Below, piece by piece: positions 25,304-38,183 of a stretch of DNA of 64,000 nt. Both the position numbers and the translations under genes were made by a program. How positions within the stretch are numbered: position 1 is the first letter of the stretch; every line of letters begins with the position of its first letter. Source of the stretch: Octopus sinensis (lineage: Eukaryota). Below the pieces are notes generated by a model, which was not told where the DNA came from, did not search any database, and saw only the letters and a program-made list of their open reading frames with translations. The DNA lies in assembly GCF_006345805.1 (NCBI RefSeq), contig NC_043013.1, positions 49,476,001 to 49,540,000 of the forward strand, given 5' to 3'.

Positions 25304-26522
25304 GAACATAAGGGAGGATGAAATACCACTAAGCATTTTGCCTTATGTGCTAACGATTTTGCCAACTCGCTGCCTTAGAAATTTTCATTATTATTATTAG
25401 TAATAATAAGTTGATTGGAGAGACAGTAAGTTGTAGTATTTCTCTCTTCCCTTCTCCTTCCACTGACCACCACTGACCAGTAGCAGTCCTCTTGCCTTTC
25501 TTTTTTTTATCATCATCATCATCATCGTCATTTTAACATCCATGTCTGATGTTGGCATGGGTTGGATAGTTTGACAGGATCAAACAGGTCCCAAAACAGC
25601 ATCATGCTCCAATATCTACTTTGGCAGGGTTTCTGTGGCTAGGTACCCTAACCTAATACAAATTATTTACAGTGATTATCGAGTACTTTTTAATGGAACC
25701 AGTACTAGTGAGGTCACCAAACAGCGTGCAAGATTATGATCCCCCAAAACTTACTATGGCATTAAGAAAGAAAAGGGCCAGGCCAGAAGAAATATCTTAA
25801 TGAAGGTAGATCCACAGTTACTTGCATTGTATGGGAGTGGTCAGGGTATGGGAGAGGATGGGAGTGGTCAGGGTGGAGTTGGGGATGGGGTGTGAATGAG
25901 GACAGGAGAACAGGAAGGCCCGGGAGTTACAAGAGTGAAGTAGAAGGTGACAGCTGGAAGGTGATAGATGGGGAATGGCTTGGAGGGAAACAAGTGTTAA
26001 AGAATGATAAGTAGGGGAGTTATGAAATAGGGAAGAGCCGATGACAACTATAGAAACTGGGTGGGAATAGGGGGTGTCGAGTGATGACAAATGATACAGA
26101 AGTTGGGGGTTCCCCTAAGGAAAGGAGGTGGCTCATTGTACAGAAAAGGGATAAGGTGGGGGATGAAGAACTGCAGAATCATAATAGTAATAATAATAAT
26201 AATAATAAAGGAGGGATAAAATAATGGTCCCAGGTAGTAGTGAGAGGGATGAGTTGTGTCAGGAAAAAGATGAAGTATACAGTTCTGCTCACATTTAATT
26301 AGAGCAGCAGAATAATTCAGTTAAAGAGATGACTGGGGGGGGGGGGGTGGAATGTAGTGTGGAGGAAAGTGGGTGGGACAATTGTGTATACACACAAATA
26401 AACAAATGTATGTATGTATGTCAGTATTCAGTTTTATTTCAAGATTTCTTGCCAATAGAGAAAAAGCCGGTTTCTAACCTAGATCCAAGGCTCCTTCATT
26501 GGAATTTCAACATCTATCTATC

Positions 26523-26615
<93 letters not shown>

Positions 26616-26744
26616 ATGTATGTATGTATGTATTATGTATGTATGTATATTTAAGGTGCATTTCAGAAGTTTTGAAACTTTTACAGGAGAGACATTTATT
26701 AACTTTCTAAAAAGTACAAAACTCCACTTTCTTTCAAAGTAGTT

Positions 26745-27330
26745 GCAACACTGCAGCCATTTCATGAAGGCCCACAGAAGTCCTCACAAAGATATCCAAG
26801 ACCCTTGTCACAACCTCCTTCATCTTCTTTTTCAACTTCAACCAAAAAGACACAGGGAGTAAGGTCTGGACTGTAGGGAGGGTGAGGGATAGCTTTGATG
26901 CCCATCTCTGAAAAGAATTTGGATACTAGGATGGAACTGTAGACTGGTGAAAGTGTTTGACCTGAGTGGAAGAGTTCTAGCCGTTTGTGACCAAATGTCT
27001 CCTCCCACAAAACCTCCACAAAGTACTTTTTTTCTTTTTACCATCTGGCCATAGAGAACCTAATGGATGTAGATGATACACTTGCTGTCAAATAAAGGGG
27101 TCATCATGGGCTTCCTGGTGGACATGCTTCGTCTAGCCTTTAGCGCTTGGGAAAACTGATACTCAGCTCATACAAGTTAAGCCATTACCAGTCTGGAGCA
27201 CTTCATAAATTTCTGTAGCATTTTTGCCCAGTTTTTGCCACAAACCTTCATTGCAGAGTCAGCTTCCAATTTGTCTTTACATTCTGATTACATTCTGCAA
27301 ACTAATCAGTTGTGACAATTAGAGTTTAGT
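26745..27330 (-). pseudogene. Mariner transposase relic, internally deleted
   Basis: Minus-strand translation: KLGKNATEIYEVLQ (N-terminal HTH region), KPMMTPLFDSKCIIYIH..GQMV..KYFVEVL, and IPHPPYSPDLTPC (mariner YSPDL motif, about 26861-26884). Confidence 0.85.
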
Positions 27331-28849
27331 AAGGGTATATTCAAAGTGCTGTTGCAATCATCTTCAATCTGGAATAACAAAATTTGACAGGCCAGCTTAT
27401 TAGATGCATTTTAATGACATACTAAAACCACAATAAGCAAGGATGATTATAGCTATCTCTCCTAAAAATATCTCGAACATTCTAGAATGCCTCTCATATA
27501 TATATATATATATTATATATATATAATCAAAATAAGCAACACGATATCCAGAGGTGATGCAGTACGACCGTTTCAAGCATCACCTCTGGAAATCCTGTTG
27601 CTTAGTTTGATTTTATTCACCTTATTTTGAAATTGTACGGATAATACCACACTAATTTTTGGGCCTCAACTAAAGTACCTAATTCATACAATAGAGGACA
27701 ATAGAACATTTGGACAGGTAGACAATACAAAAGCAAACAAGAAAAACAATAAGAAGGACAGACAAAAAAGACAGGTCATTCGTGGCCTTCTTTCCTCAGT
27801 CAAGTTACCAGAAATCCTTACTGTTTTGGGCATTTACACTTGAGACAGTTTGATCTGGTTGCCCCCAAAAAGTCTAAATTAAGACCATTAGATCTTTTTT
27901 TGTAAGAAAGCTAGTGAATGTGTAGAGCAACAAAGCCAAAAACCAGAGAACATGGTACACAATTACAAACACAAACAACAAGAAAATAACAACAGGTGTC
28001 TTTCGACTGAGAACAAAACAAATATGTGTATGTGTACGAACAGTGTGCCTACAGAATCTTAGTTTGACTGAGGCAGGCAGGTTTTCTCAGGAACTGCATA
28101 TTGCCAGTTACACTGGTTCTTTGTCATTTCCTCTATGAGGTTCAAGTCCTGAAATGAACTTTAGACAAATCTCATGTCTTCCTGGATTGCTGTTTTCAAC
28201 AAGCTCTATCTACATGAGGTGAGTGGCACTTCATACAGTTGTCTTCATCTATGTACATCACATGTCCATACCAGTGTAGTCTTCTTTCTTGCACCCAACA
28301 TCTGACTCCTCTTAGGTCCAGTTTTCTTTCTACTTTACATTTCTATTTTGTCGTTCATGCACACTTACACTGCACATCCTGCAGAGTACACTAGCATCAT
28401 TTCTTTTCAATCTTCTCAAATCCTCTACATTCAAGGCTCGTGTCTCATCAGCATGCAGTAACAAAGCTCTAATACTATCTGCTCATCACACTGATTAAAA
28501 AGACTTTTGTTTCCAGCAATGGTGATGCTTATATCGTAGATAAACAAATAAGGGTTAGCATAGTAAGGGGCATTTGGCTGTAGAATACCACTTTAAGAAG
28601 ATTCATCCAATCCATATCAACATTGAAAAATGTGGACATAAAAGTGAATTAATGAGCAGGAACAGGGAGCATATGTGCTTGTGTATGGATATGTGCATGT
28701 GTGTGTGTGGATGTAAACCTAGCCACTTGGTTAAAGAGTTCACTTCATAACCATGAGGTAATTGAAATAATCCTACAGTATGGTATGTTGAGTAAGTGTG
28801 TTGTGTTACAGCCCCCATTTAACTCGAGTGTTTTGAGTGAAAATGTGGA

Positions 28850-29300
28850 AACAGAAACTGTCAAAGCCTATCCAATTAGCCATATCATCTGTAATTCAAA
28901 GGTACAAACCTTGTTGTACATACTGTCATGCTAATTATTCTGAGGATTACGTTAAGGATACGTGGAATACTCAGCCACTTACTCTAAAATTTAAAATCAA
29001 ACAGCTGGATGCAACTAGTAAGACGAACGGGGCGATAGTTGACAGGCGATGTGCGGTCACCTTTTTTGAACAGAGGGATAACACTGGCAGTTTTCCACTG
29101 TTCTGGAGTAACACCATTGTCAAGACAGAATTGAAAGAATAGTGAAAGTTGGTTTAGAAGAAAGTACCCACCGCGTTTGAGAAGTAGGTATGTAACACCA
29201 TCAAGACCAGGAGAGGCATAGTTGCATTTATTCTTAAGACAGGGATTCATTTAATTCTGGAAACTGTCCCCCAATTAACCCTCAATTTTAAAGTTAGCCG
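28850..29300 (-). pseudogene. LINE (CR1/Jockey-like) reverse transcriptase N-terminal relic
   Basis: ORF 28984-29250: SPGLDGV...PEQWKTASVIPLFKKGDRTSPVNYRPV.LTSC, the conserved pre-RT segment of APE-type LINEs. Confidence 0.85.
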
Positions 29301-29329
29301 TAATCAGTGTTGGTAAAATGAAAGGTAAG

Positions 29330-30590
29330 CCCAGTGAGATAATTGAAATGCTTTATTGGAAGCAGGCAGGTGTGAGTAAGAGGTAAGCTGGGGGCAAAGC
29401 CTCAACTGGACTCCTCACAGGTAAAGAACCCCATTACTGCTACCTACTTCTGTGTAGATAGCAGTAATAGGACAGTGGTGTGTCTATGCAATAAGGGAGA
29501 ATGTTCTATGACATGAGGACCAGAGGCATGGGATATTCTGGATTGCAAGACAGTGTACCAGAGAAAATAAGGGCATTGTAGGAGAGAAGCACTGCTGGGA
29601 TTCTGAAAAGAAAGAGGCAGAGTAGTTCTACTACAAAAAGCTATTAAATGTGGAGAGTGCATGGGAGAAGGAGTGTTTTCTTAATGTGAAACCAAAAGGG
29701 AGAGCTGACTTGAGGTGTTTCAGATTGCTGGACAGTGTATCAGATGTTGTGGGAGAGAAGTGTGTAAGGATGGATAAGGGTCTGCTTGCACTTAGGGACT
29801 CTGAAAAGAAAACAGCATGAAGTACTACTATGAAAGGTTATTAAATGTAGAGAATGAATGAGAGAAAGGAAGTTTCCTCTTTGTGGGCCCAGTAGAGGGA
29901 ACAGCTATCCTAGTGACAGATGTATGGTAGATAAAGCAATTAAGGATATGAAGAGAGAAAAGGCTCATTATCCTGTCAAGTATTGCCACAGAGATACTTA
30001 AAATATGTGGTAGAGTGGGATACAGCCTAGTCACCTGTTTAGTTAATCAGATTCTACAGGAATTTATCATTCCCATTGACTGATGTAGCAACATCACAGT
30101 CAGCTGTTTTAAGCTTAAGGAAATGCCTCAGTGAGAAGTAATTACAGAGGTTCAAATTGCTGGGCCAGGTTACGAAAGTTACTGAAAGGGTTATAGCTCA
30201 ACTAATTAGGAAGGGAGTTAGATCAGGTGAAATACAGCTTTGTTTTGAAACAAAGAGAACCACTACTGATGCTCTCTGTCTAGTAAGACAACTGCTTAAG
30301 GAGTATTCAGCCAAAAATAAACTGTTGTACTTGGCATTTGCCAACATGGTGAAAACCTTTGACAGGGTCCCTTCCGCCCTCATCTGGTGGCTGTTGCAGA
30401 AGCTAGTGGTAGATGATCAGCTGGAGAAAGCTGTCTAAGCCATGTACAGGAGTGCTGTCAGTAAGGTGAGAGTTGGTAATGAATGCCACATCGAATTTCG
30501 TGTGCAGATAGGAATTTACGTGTGGTTCCATTCTCAGTCCCCTCCTGCTTATCATTGTCATCCAGGCCATAACTGAAGAGTTTATGGCTA
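29330..30590 (+). pseudogene. RTE-clade LINE ORF relic(s)
   Basis: DVVGEKCVRMD, LLNVE, then LLGQVTKVTERVIAQLIR..TTDALCLVRQL..LYLAFANMVKTFDRVP..AMYRSAVSKVRVGNE (early RT domains); many stops. Confidence 0.88.
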
Positions 30591-30636
30591 ATTACTTATG
30601 ATCTCCTTAACTGCAGCTCTTGGTGGTCCAAATCAG

Positions 30637-30738
30637 ATATGCAATCTATGTGGGGGATCTTTCCAAAACATGCAATCTATGTGGGGGGTCTTTTCAAAAT
30701 ATGCAATCTATGTGGGGGGGGGGGGTCTTTTCAAAATA
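30637..30738. repeat. ~31 bp minisatellite, 3 copies
   Basis: ATGCAATCTATGTGGGGG..TCTTT(T/C)CAAAA repeated three times. Confidence 0.85.
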
Positions 30739-30895
30739 TTGTCTGGTTTAAAAAGCCACAGCAGATGCCACGATGGATCTAAAGTGTAGGTACAAGAGGT
30801 GATTAAACTTTGCATAAAGCATTTTCAAGCAAATAGAACTGTGGCAAGAAGTGGTAAACAATAAACAAGAATATATTATTGACTGATTTTTTTAA

Positions 30896-31115
30896 CCCTT
30901 TCGTTATTGTATTTATTTTGAGATGCTCTGTGTTTCTTTCAATTAAATTAAATATAACAAAGAATTTAGTAAAATAACTTGGTTATCATTAAGCTAGTGT
31001 TAGGAACATAAATTGTGACTAAGGTTTGGTGGAAGATTTTAATTCAAAACTTATGAAAACAAGACATTTGTACTCAGAGCCAGAGGCAGTTTCGGCCGGG
31101 TTTGTACTGAATGGG
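30896..31115. mobile_element. piggyBac-type MITE
   Basis: TTAA|CCCTTTCG...GAATGGG|TTAA; TTAA duplication at 30892-30895 and 31116-31119. Confidence 0.8.
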
Positions 31116-31832
31116 TTAAATGCGGTTGATGAAACATTAAGGATTAAAGTAAATGGTGGTGGGGTGAGGGAACAAACAAACTTATCTGAAAACTCAATAT
31201 AAATACACCCCCATAAGCCGGCCTTCCCCAGTGTTGCATGTTTTGTTTTCCATTTGTTTCTTTCATTGTTTGCAAAAACAAGTTCATATTCCATGTTTTC
31301 GTATTTTGTATTACATGTTGTTTTGGTATTTCATGTTTATTTTATGTTGTTTACCTTCCGTAGTGTCCTGTGCCCAAATATGCATATATAGACAAATATA
31401 TGTATGTATATATGTGTATATATGCATATATGGTTTAACCGCACCATCGGGTATTCAGTCCGATTATTTCTATGTCCCTGCACATGATACAGCCTTAAGC
31501 CTTAAGAAGAAAAATAAAAACACATTTATTGGTTACCGATGATGTTGACTTGTTCTTCTTTTCGGATTATGGCTGCTGTTGCTTAGTGAGTGGGATTGAC
31601 TCAGTGCACAGCCTTTCCTCACTTTTAAAATAAATCTTCTTGCACAGGCATTGCACGATAACAACATAGTTCATGATTGTTGATGGTGCTGTGAGTCTCA
31701 ACTGAATGGCCGGCTATAGCCTTAAAAAGCAAATAAAAGTCACATTCGATCACAGCACCAATAACAGTTAAGCTTCGTGCAATGGCCATACTCGATAACG
31801 AGGGGGCAGCCATCATATGCATATATATTTAT

Positions 31833-31876
<44 letters not shown>

Positions 31877-32000
31877 ATATATATAATATAATATATATAT
31901 ATAATTAATAAATTTTAGGGTAGCAAAAAATTCTAGAAAAATTTTCCGCTACCAGTGGTCAAGTGAGAGAGAAAAAATAGTCAATAGACTATATAATATA

Positions 32001-32172
32001 ATATGCATTCAAACATATAAGGGACGGCCATAATGGGACATCCGACTCACTAGAAAGAGCAGCCAACTCCAAACCACTAATAGTTGTAGAATTACAACTA
32101 TTTGTGGTTTGGAGTTTGGCTGCTCTTTCTAGTGAGTGGATGTCCTATTATGGTCGTCCCTTATATGTTTGA

Positions 32173-32180
<8 letters not shown>
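32001..32180. repeat. Near-perfect 180 bp palindrome (4-nt loop GAAT at 32089-32092)
   Basis: Arms such as AAGGGACGGCCATAATGGGACATCC / GGATGTCCTATTATGGTCGTCCCTT pair along the whole length with few mismatches. Confidence 0.92.
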
Positions 32181-32222
<42 letters not shown>

Positions 32223-32230
32223 ATGTGTGT

Positions 32231-32374
32231 GGAGGCGCAATGGCCCAGTGGTAAGGGCAGCGACTCGCGGTCGTAGGATTGCGGTTTCAATTCCCAGACC
32301 GGGTGTCGTGAGTGTATATTGAGCGAAAACACCAAAAAGCTCCACGAGGGTCCGGCAGGGGTGGTGGTGATCCC
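32231..32374 (+). mobile_element. SINE family D (tRNA-Arg-like head), 3'-truncated
   Basis: GGAGGCGCAATGGCCCAGTGGTAAGGGCAGCGACTCGCGG (TCG in the anticodon-loop position) and GGTTTCAATTCCC B box; homologous to the 48285 copy. Confidence 0.8.
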
Positions 32375-33060
32375 ATGTGTACATGTGGATGGCTGTGTGT
32401 GTGTGCATGTGTGTGTGTTTTGCTTGAGTATGTGTGTATATTCTCCGAAGCTGACACTGACGTAAAACATACACACCTGCAGCACAAGCTCATACACAGC
32501 ATACACTTGACTGAGTTACATTGTTTCACTTCTGCAGCCAACAGATACGTAAATACGGATACGCATACATTTGACATGTAAATAGCCTGTGATGTCAATC
32601 GCACACGTCTTTTCCCATATATAATACTAATGCACTCTCATCAGACACCCTCAGCCTAGAGGTTACCCTTTTTCAATTGTTTTTCATTTGCTTAATATTC
32701 TATAAGTTGATTTATATCTTAAACCAATAATTGATCAGCTATAAATACATTAAGCTATAAAATTTTTTATCCTGTCTATTGTAAATTAGTTATGTGAATA
32801 ACAGTAAACATGAAACGGTAGCCTCACTACTACAATAAAATTGTCTGTCTGTCTGTCTATTTTTCTATCTATCTATATATATATATATATATATATATCT
32901 AATATAGGATAGAATTTTTTTCGAAAAATTCTATCAATGGCCAGCATATTAAAAAAATACCTTTAATGGTTAAATTTATAAGCAATTTATAAGTAAGGGC
33001 AAAAGAAAAAAATTCTAATGCCAAAATATGCCGAAAAGAGACACTACGTCAATAATTATA

Positions 33061-33403
33061 GGCGCAGGAGTGGTTGTGTGGTAAGTAGCTTGTTTACCAA
33101 CCACATGGTTCCGGGTTCAGTCCCACTGCGTGGCACCTTGGGCAAGTGTCTTCTACTATAGCCTCAGGCTGACCAAAGCCTTGTGAGTGGATTTGGTAGA
33201 CGGAAACTGAAAGAAGCCCGTCGTATATATGTATATATATATGTATGTGTGTGTGTTTGTGTGTCTGTGTTTGTTCCCCTAGCATTGCTTGACAACCGAT
33301 GCTGGTGTGTTTATGTCCCCGTCACTTAGCAGTTCGGCAAAAAGAGACCGATAGAATAAGTACTGGGCTTACAAGGAATAAGTCCCGGGGTCGAGTTGCT
33401 CGA
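33061..33403 (+). mobile_element. SINE family A, 3'-truncated
   Basis: Head to GGGGTCGAGTTGCTCGA. Confidence 0.92.
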
Positions 33404-33811
33404 TTTTTTTTTAGTATCAGCACTAATAAGGTTACCCAGTAACTTCCAAGAGCAAAAAGGGTAGGAGATAGGGTGATCCCTACAAGCAAGGTGTTAGAGG
33501 CTAAAGTATAATAGGGAAGTAGAAACAGATTTACAGTATGTGGAGGAGGGTCATAGCTGCCCTGTATTTTACATGGGTTAATGAGGGAGCCTGCAGGAGT
33601 GGGGCTCGAACCTACAATGAGAATGAATAGAAGAGAGTGTGGTTACAATAGAATCAGGGAGAACGGTGAGTAAGGTTGTTAGAGTGTGGGAGGATAGTGA
33701 GGTAGATATAAACATGGTGTGGAAGGGGTCAGATGTATATAGGGAATGATGAATGGCAGGGGGTAAATGTGAGGGATGATGAGAATAGGTAAGTTTGTTC
33801 TTCATATAAAT

Positions 33812-33855
<44 letters not shown>

Positions 33856-33856
<1 letters not shown>

Positions 33857-34214
33857 CTCTTTTACTCTTTTACTTGTTTCAGTCATTTGACTGTGGCCAT
33901 GCTGGAGCACTGCCTTTAGTCGAGCCCAGAACCCCAGGACTTATTCTTTGTAAGCCTAGTACTTATTCTATCGGTTTATTTTACCGAACCGCTAAGTTGC
34001 GGGTACGTAAACACACCATCATTGGTTGTCAAACGATGTTGGGGGGACAAACACAAACACACAAACACATACATATATATATATATACATATATACGACG
34101 GGCTTCTTTCAGTTTCTGTCTACCAAATCCACTCACAAGGCTTTGGTCAGTCCGAGGCTATAGTAGAAGACACTTGCCCAAGGTGCCACGCAGTGGGACT
34201 GAACCCAGAACCAT
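33856..34214 (-). mobile_element. SINE family A, head-truncated
   Basis: Reverse-complement match from the tail to GAACCCAGAACCAT. Confidence 0.9.
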
Positions 34215-34399
34215 ACTGACTGGGAATAATACAGAGGAGTAGGAGTGATGACTTGCAATACAGAAGTGACAAAATGGTATGACAATAGTAACAGGTTTTA
34301 TTTTTATATCAGCAAATTACAGGCTTTTTCATTCCATCACTATGTGCTGCTTCTGCTAACCAATTCACTCATTCGTGTTACCAATACCTGCACTGTTAC

Positions 34400-35330
34400 A
34401 CAAAGTAGGGAGACTGAGTTAATAATATCTGACCTTGCATATACTATAAATAGTTATAACATAATATTCATTTGGTAAAAAGGAATGTGTAACAGATAAC
34501 TGATAAAGCATTAATAAATGCTGAAACAAGTTGGGTCAGTTTCTTTTTCAAGAACCATGTCTGCGAATGATTTTATGCTAATCACTCAAGCAGCCTTTCT
34601 CTAAATGTGTACCAAGATGTCAGGGGGTATGACAACAGCACTGTCCTAGAGGTGATTGTAAGTAAACTATGGTGGGTCTCATCTGGGATCTTTTCGGTTT
34701 GAACGGCAGTTTTTTCTAGCAGTGTCAAATGAAATTGTCACCCATAATTATGACCCTAGTATCGATCTATTGCATTTCAATCAATTTTAGGGTTAGGATT
34801 AGGAGTGGGGGAAAGGGTATCTTTTTTTCTTCACAAATGTAAATAAACCCAATCTGTTTCTTAAACGAGGGACATATTCATACGGCACAGAGTGTTTTTT
34901 TTACCTCAATAGATGTCAGTGATTGGTTGAAATTGCAGAAATTGAAGAAAAAAAAACAACAAATATCTTACAAACTATAGAATTTTCTCAATAAAGCCAA
35001 GAGAGAAAGATGTTTTATAAACACATTCTACCAGTATAGGAAGTTTAAAATTTTTTTAGTTACCAAGAAATTATGTTAAAAACTGCTGTTCAAACCGAAA
35101 GATCCCCCATCTGACCTTTGTAGAGAGTTTGTAGATGCTGTGGGGGGAAGTATTGTTTAGCTCTTGTGAGAAGTGTTAGTCATTGAGATGCAATCTTAAC
35201 AATGTTAAGGATATATGTTTGCCAGGAAAAATATTCAGTGATGATGACACCAAGCATTTGGAGCAATCATGAAGATTCTGGTTGTTAACAACTTTTGCAT
35301 AAATGAGGAGATAGGGTGCAACATAATTAT
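34400..35330 (-). pseudogene. Highly decayed LINE RT C-terminal relic (interrupted by a MITE)
   Basis: Minus-strand fragments such as LLIYAKVVNNQNLHDC loosely resemble the post-YADD region of CR1-like RTs. Confidence 0.35.
34685..35106. mobile_element. MITE with GGGATC termini and 6-bp TSD (copy 1)
   Basis: TIR GGGATCTTTTCGGTTTGAACGGCAGTTTT; flanks TCATCT / CCATCT (5 of 6 match). Confidence 0.85.
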
Positions 35331-35367
35331 GTCATTTTTCAGTTTTATTTCAAGATTTCTTGCCATA

Positions 35368-35532
35368 GACACAGGAGTGGCTGTGTGGTAAGTAGCTTGC
35401 TAACCAGCCACATGGTTCCGGGTTCAGTCCCACTGCGTAGCATCTTGGGCAAGTGTCTTCTGCTATAGCCCCGGGCCGACCAATGCCTTGTGAGTGGATT
35501 TGGTAGACGGAAACTGAAAGAAGCCTGTCGTA

Positions 35533-35575
<43 letters not shown>

Positions 35576-35797
35576 TTGTGTGTGTGTGTGTCTGTGTTTG
35601 TCCCCCTAGCATTGCTTGACAACCGATGCTGGTGTGTTTACGTCCCTGTCACTTATCGGTTCGACAAAAGAGACCGATAGAATAAGTACTGGGCTTACAA
35701 AGAATAAGTCCCGGGGTTGATTTGCTCGACTAAAGGCGGTGCTCCAGCATGGCCGCAGTCAAATGACTGAAACAAGTAAAAGAGTAAAAGAGTAAAG
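35368..35797 (+). mobile_element. SINE family A; its 3' half is tandemly duplicated at 36036-36244
   Basis: Full head-to-tail match to family A. Confidence 0.92.
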
Positions 35798-36470
35798 AGT
35801 ATTAGAGAAAGAACCATTTTCTAACCAAGATCCAAAGCTCCTTCGTTGAAATTCAACAACATCAAGAGGGTATATTTTTGCATGTATGAGTGTATATGTG
35901 CAGTACTTGGAGTCAATGCATGTGCAGATTTGCATGTCTTGTTTTATAATGGGAATATTCTCATGTAAGTGATAAACTTCAGAAAAGTTTTGCAAAGATT
36001 TACAGTTCCTCTGTGTGTGTGTGTGTGTGTGTGTGTCTGTGTTTGTCCCCCTAGCATTGCTTGACAACCGATGCTGGTGTGTTTACGTCCCTGTCACTTA
36101 TCGGTTCGACAAAAGAGACCGATAGAATAAGTACTGGGCTTACAAAGAATAAGTCCCGGGGTTGATTTGCTCGACTAAAGGCGGTGCTCCAGCATGGCCG
36201 CAGTCAAATGACTGAAACAAGTAAAAGAGTAAAAGAGTAAAGAGTATTAGAGAAAGAACCATTTTCTAACCAAGATCCAAAGCTCCTTCGTTGAAATTTC
36301 AACAACATCAAGAGGGTATATTTTTGCATGTATGAGTGTATATGTGCAGTACTTGGAGTCAATGCATGTGCAGATTTGCATGTCTTGTTTTATAATGGGA
36401 ATATTCTCATGTAAGTGATAAACTTCAGAAAAGTTTTGCAAAGATTTACAGTTCCTCTGTGTGTGTGTGT
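35591..36470. repeat. 445 bp tandem duplication bounded by (GT)n tracts
   Basis: 35591-36035 is repeated at 36036 to about 36470, with one visible 1-bp indel. Confidence 0.92.
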
Positions 36471-37946
36471 GGTGTGTGTGTGTGTGCGCGCACATGCGCA
36501 TACATGCAATTGTATGTATGTCTTGAGTATGACTTCTAACTGCATCCAGTAGTTGGACCCTGATACAAGAGTTCCAGGGGTTTTGAGGAGTGTGGAACCG
36601 CCTCTTAGCCACCTTTGTTCCCAGGTTTACTCTGATCTGGAGTAGTAGCACCTGTTTGGGTCCCAACTATGGGTTAACTAGCACATGAACCACAGGGAGT
36701 GAAGGACCCCTAGTTCTCAATAGAACTTCCTTCGAGAAGATAAACATGTCTAAATGTGAAGTGCCCTCAATTTCTGGTCGTTTCAATCTCTGTTGAAAAG
36801 TGGGTTCAGTGCTGTGCAACACTTTATCCATTCATATCAAATTTATGCACAGAAACTTCTTGGACTCTCAGAACGTGTGCAGGAATTTACTGAGTTTAGA
36901 AAATGGTCTAACTTGGCCACAAGCTAACTTCCACTATATGTATATGTGTGTGTACACATGTATGTACATATATATAATAAACCTTTACATAAATAAATAA
37001 CGTGCAATATACGAAGGGACGAACATAAAAGACAAACGGGTCATTCAAAGCCTTCGTTCTTCAGTCAGAAACTGATTCCTCATCGCAGATTTCGGCTGTT
37101 TAATTCTGAGATCTGCTCTGAATCAGCCAGCCACAGAAGGAAAGAATGCAACGCAACAGAGACGAACATGAAACGAAAAAATCTTTTTTGAAGACAGTAA
37201 CGTACATATATATATACATATCAATAATAAAGTGATTGTTTCTTATCAGGAACAAACTGTTTAATAGGACTGCTATAGAAGTGCTCAATTGAATGAGACA
37301 AATATATTAAACCATGGTTGCAGAACAAACAAATATAAGGTCATCCACCTAACATTTCATATCTCGAACATTTAATCACATAATGCCTTTTCTTTCACAT
37401 AGAATATACATGCATAAAATCACCAGACATTTGTACATTTCTGCATATGCTTTATACGCACTTTTTGACAAGTTGTGGTGCACCTGAGCACTGTATACAA
37501 TAATTTCATTATTATTATATATATGTATGTACATATTTATGCACATATATGTATATACGTATGTATATATAAGTATGTACATACATATATATACATATGT
37601 ATTCATGCTTGCACACCTAAAAGAACTAAAATGTGGCTGTAACGAAAACTGTATTGAATAATGTGGTCCTAGATCAAACTACATTTCCTGAGTTGTTTCA
37701 AATTTTCAATTTGCATAAAATACTTAAACTTCTAACAAGCAATATCATGCAATATCATGTTCACTGTTCTTTATATCCATGACTCCATTACACACATGTC
37801 TGAAATTCATGTGCATTTCGTATTGTACAGTAAACACAGCAACTTTGTATGTTAACTTGCATCATAATTTGTTTCCTAACAAGTTATAGTGACAAAAATA
37901 ATGCAAATTTCCTTTTCAAAGAAATGCATATAGATATAAAATGGAA

Positions 37947-38183
37947 AGGCGGCGGGCTGGCAGAAACGTTAGCACGCTGGGCGAAATGCGTAGCCGTATT
38001 TCGTCTGTAAATACATTCAGAGTTCAAATTCCGCCGAGGTCGACTTTGCCTTTCATCCTTTCGGGGTCGATAAATTAAGTACTAGTTACACACTGGGGTC
38101 GATGTAATCGACTTAATCCCTTTGTCTGTCCTAGTTTGCCCCCTCTGTGTTTAGCCCCTTGTGGGTAGTAAAGAAATAGGTAT
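37947..38183 (+). mobile_element. SINE family B, full length
   Basis: AGGCGGCGGGCTGGCAGAA head to GTAAAGAAATAGG tail. Confidence 0.9.

Noticed and set aside
32231-32300. tRNA-Arg gene (also 48285, and tRNA-like heads at 39250-39319)
   Set aside because: These are tRNA-derived SINE heads that run straight into SINE body sequence; I could not build an intact acceptor stem.
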